64,000 bases of DNA from a virus, in IMG/VR virus record IMGVR_UViG_3300021964_008599, positions 2,680 to 66,679 of that record; one strand, 5' to 3'. Below, piece by piece: positions 60,027 through 64,000 of this stretch. The translations under genes were made by a program, and so were the position numbers. Position 1 is the stretch's first letter. Every line of letters begins with the position of its first letter. The notes beneath the pieces were generated by a model. That model was not told the origin of the DNA. It was given only the letters and a program-made list of their open reading frames with translations, and did no database searches.

Positions 60027-60776
60027 ATGACAGTAACAGGAATCAACATCGAAGAAAAAGTAAGAAACTACCAAGGAACCAGCAACTTCATCAAAGCCCT
60101 CAAACCAGGTCTTATGAAATGGGGTCGTCTAACACCAAGACAATACCAAGCAGCAGAAAAAGTAATTATGAACGAAGAGCGTCAAAAAGAAATCAACGTA
60201 GAAGAACTACCTGAAAGACTTAAAGCTATTGTTACCTACACAGGTGAGTCTACTTTCGTAAACGACCTTAAAATGAAGTTCAAAAAATACCGCAAGTTGA
60301 CCGACAAACAAGTTGATGCAGGTTTCAAAGCCATCGACCGTGAGATTCAAAAAGACTCTCAGAAAGACATGAACATTAAATTGGTGGGTAACACAATTAA
60401 AATCGGACGTAAAGTGGCGATGGGCATCAAAGAGAACTACAACTTGGAGTTCCACCCAATCTTGGTTGACGTTACTGAAGTGATGGTTATGTCAAACAAA
60501 GCATTCAAGTTGAAGGCAAAACTTACAAAAGAAAACGGTGGCATCTGTCGTTGTTGTGGAAGAACACTTACCGATGAGATGTCTCAAGTGACTGGTATCG
60601 GTCCCGTATGTGCCAAATATGTCGGAGTTGAACACCCAAAATCAAAAGATGATGTTGAACAGTTCAAAGTCGATATCTCAAACAAAATCGATGAAATCGG
60701 GGAGTTTGAGTTTTGGATTCCAAAACGAGCAATCGTAGAATGGAACGGAACCGCAGGGGTGATGATGAGATGGTAA
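60027..60776 (+). CDS. DUF6011-like zinc-finger protein
   Basis: CRCCGRTLTDEMSQVTGIGPVCAK; TTTG-N18-TATCTTTG promoter at 59961-59990. Confidence 0.75.
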   Translation: MTVTGINIEEKVRNYQGTSNFIKALKPGLMKWGRLTPRQYQAAEKVIMNEERQKEINVEELPERLKAIVTYTGESTFVNDLKMKFKKYRKLTDKQVDAGFKAIDREIQKDSQKDMNIKLVGNTIKIGRKVAMGIKENYNLEFHPILVDVTEVMVMSNKAFKLKAKLTKENGGICRCCGRTLTDEMSQVTGIGPVCAKYVGVEHPKSKDDVEQFKVDISNKIDEIGEFEFWIPKRAIVEWNGTAGVMMRW

Positions 60777-60784
60777 AAAGAAGT

Positions 60785-60807
60785 GGGGGTCATTGACCCC
60801 CATTTTT
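60785..60807. terminator. Terminator between convergent genes
   Basis: tgggggtca-t-tgaccccca followed by a T run. Confidence 0.75.
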
Positions 60808-61555
60808 AATTTATATCGTCCTCAGTCGGTTCAGTTAATGAATTTCCTGCACTCATGTACCTTGTCTGATACGTCCAATTGTATTTTGTTGCAATTGGGT
60901 TAATATTAGGGGGGTATAAGACCCTTAAATCTTCTCTGGGGTGTGTGGTTATCACCGCAGATAAAAACTCATCAGAAACGATTATATTGTCTTTTAGGGT
61001 AGGTAAATGGTCTTCCACCAGCTTACGAATCCCTTCCTTTTTTAAAATATAAGTGTGACTGTTATAGAAATAGGTAGGACGAATGAAATGTTCTTTACCG
61101 ATTTCATACGGTGGGTGAATATTATTAAAGTTACTGTGCAATGAATTGTGAGCCATCAAACATAAATCCCAATCGTAACCTTCCATTTCATCAAAGATAC
61201 TCCAATCCAAATCACCTTCAGGTTCGAAGTCATCTTCCAATATCATAATGGTATCATAATCGTTATTATATGCATCTTCCCAACACATAGTATGTGAAAT
61301 CATACCACCTGCTTCACCATAGGTTGTCGGTCTTTCCCACCAATGCCAATCTAAATTTTGGTCAGAGATGTCCCATTTATCATAAAGGGTATATTCCAAA
61401 TCGGTTTCATCCTTTAACCTTTTACCTAAAAACCCTTCAATAATAAAGACAGGTGTGTCGTATGGTAAAGGTATTCTACTTAGTCGGTCAAATAAATCTT
61501 TTATGTATTCTTCAGAATGGTCCAAAGAAATTACATAAACCTGGTCAATTTTCAT
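60806..61555 (-). CDS. Glycosyltransferase family 25-like
   Basis: YVISLD, TYGEAGGMISH, MILEDD, HTYILKKEGIRKL, DEFL. Confidence 0.85.
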   Translation of the reverse strand: MKIDQVYVISLDHSEEYIKDLFDRLSRIPLPYDTPVFIIEGFLGKRLKDETDLEYTLYDKWDISDQNLDWHWWERPTTYGEAGGMISHTMCWEDAYNNDYDTIMILEDDFEPEGDLDWSIFDEMEGYDWDLCLMAHNSLHSNFNNIHPPYEIGKEHFIRPTYFYNSHTYILKKEGIRKLVEDHLPTLKDNIIVSDEFLSAVITTHPREDLRVLYPPNINPIATKYNWTYQTRYMSAGNSLTEPTEDDIN

Positions 61556-61632
61556 AAAAATACTTTTTCTTATAAAATATATCACTTATAATTAAATTCA
61601 ATAATTATAGTAAGAAAAACAACTCAAAACAT

Positions 61633-62124
61633 ATGAGCGTAGTATTGGTGTTAAACTCTGATTACTCACCTTTAAATGTGACAAGCCTACAAAGAGGGTT
61701 TGTCTTGGTCGATAAAGGAAAGGCAGAAGTGATAAAAAAAGGGGAGAATGATATTGTAACCAGTGTGGGTAATTTTGTTAGACCGTTGGTTATTAGATTG
61801 TTAAACTACATTCGATTCAGACCTAAAACCATTAAGGTTAATAGAAAACGTATATTCAAAAGAGACGGTTACAGTTGTCAATATTGTGGGTCAAAAAGAA
61901 ACTTAACTATTGACCACGTTATTCCTCGTTCTCGTGGAGGTACCAATACGTGGAAAAATATGGTGACCTGCTGTTTTAGGTGCAACTCAACAAAGGGGAA
62001 TAAAACACCATCAGAAGCTAACATGAAACTATTGACTCAACCTTATGAGCCGAGTATATTTACGCATATCATTCACGATGATATTGAAACAATTTGGAGT
62101 AATTTCAAAAAATCATTTGTTTAA
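61633..62124 (+). CDS. HNH endonuclease
   Basis: RDGYSCQYCG, TIDHVIPRSRGG, WKNMVTCCFRCNSTKGN. Confidence 0.93.
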   Translation: MSVVLVLNSDYSPLNVTSLQRGFVLVDKGKAEVIKKGENDIVTSVGNFVRPLVIRLLNYIRFRPKTIKVNRKRIFKRDGYSCQYCGSKRNLTIDHVIPRSRGGTNTWKNMVTCCFRCNSTKGNKTPSEANMKLLTQPYEPSIFTHIIHDDIETIWSNFKKSFV

Positions 62125-62160
62125 CAATTTTTTATGTTCTATCTTTGAACTATAAGAAAT

Positions 62161-62246
62161 GCCATAGTGGTGGAATTGGTAGACACGAGGGACTTAAAAT
62201 CCCTTGAACAGTAATGTTCGTGACGGTTCGAGTCCGTCCTGTGGTA
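62161..62246 (+). tRNA. tRNA-Leu (anticodon TAA), CCA not encoded
   Basis: Acceptor GCCATAG/CTGTGGT, anticodon arm AGGGA-CTTAAAA-TCCCT, long variable arm, GACGG-TTCGAGT-CCGTC; promoter TTTG-N20-TATCTTTG at 62116-62147. Confidence 0.93.
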
Positions 62247-62254
62247 CAAAAATA

Positions 62255-62279
62255 AAAGAGGGACGATTGTCCCTCTTTC
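62255..62279. terminator. Bidirectional terminator
   Basis: aaagagggac-gatt-gtccctcttt. Confidence 0.8.
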
Positions 62280-62314
62280 ATTAGATACTTGTACACCCCC
62301 TTCTTTTTGAAAGT

Positions 62315-62920
62315 TTATGAAAGCATATTATCTCTAATACCTTTCAACTTCAACTCCATATTAGAGTTGACATCCCCGATTAAAGGCTCAATTCTTCTTC
62401 TAAGTTCATCTTCCATATTCGATACCATTTGTTGACCTTTTTCAATATTCATTATTGAATACTTACTTCCCATGTCTTCGGTATATGCTTGAACTATTTT
62501 ATTTGCCAAATATTTTGGGTCATTAAATAATTCAGGAATATCATCCATCTCAGTATTTCCAATTGCATTTGTTATAATTTCTTCCTCAACATCTGTCAAT
62601 TGCAATTTAGATTTTAGGTATTCAGCCAATTTTTCTTTTAGTGTATCAATGAAACGTGGACCTTCCTCTGCAAACATTAATGTTAATGCTTGAATCATAT
62701 TTTCATTAATCAGATTTTGACTCACACCCTGAGACTTCAATGATTTGTTCTCAGACAATAACGTATTAAACGCTTTTGTTACTTGTATCTTAGAGTTTTT
62801 ATTTATATTTTTTGGAACCACAGAAAATCTACCCTTAACTATTTTTTCTTCAGTTAAGGTTACTTTTTTTGTCTCCTGTAGGATTTCAAGATTTTTTCTG
62901 ATTGACTTTTTTAAACTCAT
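62315..62920 (-). CDS. Hypothetical phage protein
   Basis: Start MSLKKSIRK overlaps the upstream stop (ATGA). Confidence 0.75.
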   Translation of the reverse strand: MSLKKSIRKNLEILQETKKVTLTEEKIVKGRFSVVPKNINKNSKIQVTKAFNTLLSENKSLKSQGVSQNLINENMIQALTLMFAEEGPRFIDTLKEKLAEYLKSKLQLTDVEEEIITNAIGNTEMDDIPELFNDPKYLANKIVQAYTEDMGSKYSIMNIEKGQQMVSNMEDELRRRIEPLIGDVNSNMELKLKGIRDNMLS

Positions 62921-64000
62921 GATTTCTTCTTCCAAACTTTAAACGACTCAGTGAACTCACTACTCTTTACGTTCTTAACATCGTAATCTGTATCATCAAC
63001 AGGTCTATTAAATAAATATCCACCTTTCTTAAGTTTTTCCAATAATTCTTTTTGTTTTTTTGTCAAATTGTTTGTTAACTCACCATCATTAATTAACGAT
63101 TCCAAACCTTTCTTTTCTTTACCTTTCATAACCACCTCAAAAGGTTCTTCCTTTTTCATTGGTTGTTGAGGTTGAGATTCAGGTTGTGACATCATTTCTT
63201 TTGTTTCCTCATCGAAATCAATATCTTTAATTCGGTCACCAGGTAATATTTTAAAATCTCTATCGTCAGCTGTTGGGTTATTCTCGATGGTAAAGTAATT
63301 AATACCACTATCTAATAATTGACCCAATCCTTTACTGTTGTTTTTAAACGGTAGGTTAATATTTGAATTGTCTCTGTATGAACCGATTCTAACAAATGGT
63401 TGACTTGTCTTATCGTCCATACCTCTACAGTCAACTACTGAACGGATAAAGGCAATATCTTCAGGGTATTTTTCAGACATATCTAAGAAACTATTTTTCA
63501 TAGACTCACGGTCATCATCGGTAAATGAAATCTTTTGTTTTCCTTTTTTAGGGTCAATAGTGTAGAAGTTAAACTCTCTAAGTTTATCATCTATCATTTG
63601 CGGTATATGTTCCATATTTTCTCTTATTATTGATTCTGTAAATTCAGTTTGACCCTCTTTAGGGATTAAGTAATCTTTTGTAAAACTTTTCTCATTCCCA
63701 CCTTCTTTAAAATACCAATCGTATTCTCCACCTACTTCTTTTTTATAAATTTCTATCCATGCATCTGTTTTTACATCACTTTCTTCTCCATAATATTTTA
63801 AAACACCGTCATCAATTTTTAATTGGTTAGGTTGTATGTCGTTAAATAATGGATTACCATCACTATCTTTCATACCATCAGATTTTTTTACGAATTTCTT
63901 ACCTTTACTTTCTGCAAAATCTTCCCATATTGGATTTATTTCATCGGCAATTTTTTCCGTTTCATATTTCAAACACTCTGAACCTGATAATGTCATAATG
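62917..64000 (-). CDS. Hypothetical phage protein (5' end probably outside the window)
   Basis: Frame stays open past 63996 to the window edge. Confidence 0.7.
   Translation of the reverse strand, partial: IMTLSGSECLKYETEKIADEINPIWEDFAESKGKKFVKKSDGMKDSDGNPLFNDIQPNQLKIDDGVLKYYGEESDVKTDAWIEIYKKEVGGEYDWYFKEGGNEKSFTKDYLIPKEGQTEFTESIIRENMEHIPQMIDDKLREFNFYTIDPKKGKQKISFTDDDRESMKNSFLDMSEKYPEDIAFIRSVVDCRGMDDKTSQPFVRIGSYRDNSNINLPFKNNSKGLGQLLDSGINYFTIENNPTADDRDFKILPGDRIKDIDFDEETKEMMSQPESQPQQPMKKEEPFEVVMKGKEKKGLESLINDGELTNNLTKKQKELLEKLKKGGYLFNRPVDDTDYDVKNVKSSEFTESFKVWKKKS

Noticed and set aside
61633-62124. HNH gene as a mobile intron or defence system
   Set aside because: Stand-alone, common McrA-like HNH with no interrupted gene or partner evident.
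1-64000. Alternative genetic code (stop-codon reassignment)
   Set aside because: Core genes are intact under the standard code, and TAA, TAG and TGA all occur as real stops.

Overview
A gene-dense, AT-rich 64 kb segment of a large T4-like (jumbo-type) tailed phage. The host is very probably Bacteroidota: several TTTG-N18-20-TAnnTTTG promoters, almost no Shine-Dalgarno sites, and Bacteroidota-type bS21 and ClpC. Left to right it carries: a giant Pro/Thr/Ser-repeat LamG virion protein running off the left edge; a glycosylation and nucleotide-sugar cluster with exonuclease, dUTPase and PhoH; a gp55-like late sigma factor; baseplate genes; the head module (major capsid, scaffold, prohead protease, portal, terminase) with an embedded ribosomal protein bS21; an N-domain-less ClpC with a divergent UVR-domain partner and a peptidase; divergent gene pairs sharing a duplicated bidirectional promoter; an unidentified structured RNA, a tmRNA and a tRNA-Leu. 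The main candidates for undescribed biology are (1) a shared N-terminal leader (K-I-x-L-T-E-S-D...I-x-E) fused to unrelated cargo domains, which looks like a capsid-sorting and prohead-protease processing system, (2) a sense-strand TATTTAT late-promoter motif at 17 genes, the reverse complement of the T4 late box, and (3) a phage tmRNA/ClpC/adaptor/bS21 translation and proteolysis module, part of it under a putative sigma54 promoter. All product calls come from motif recognition by eye; no database searches were run.
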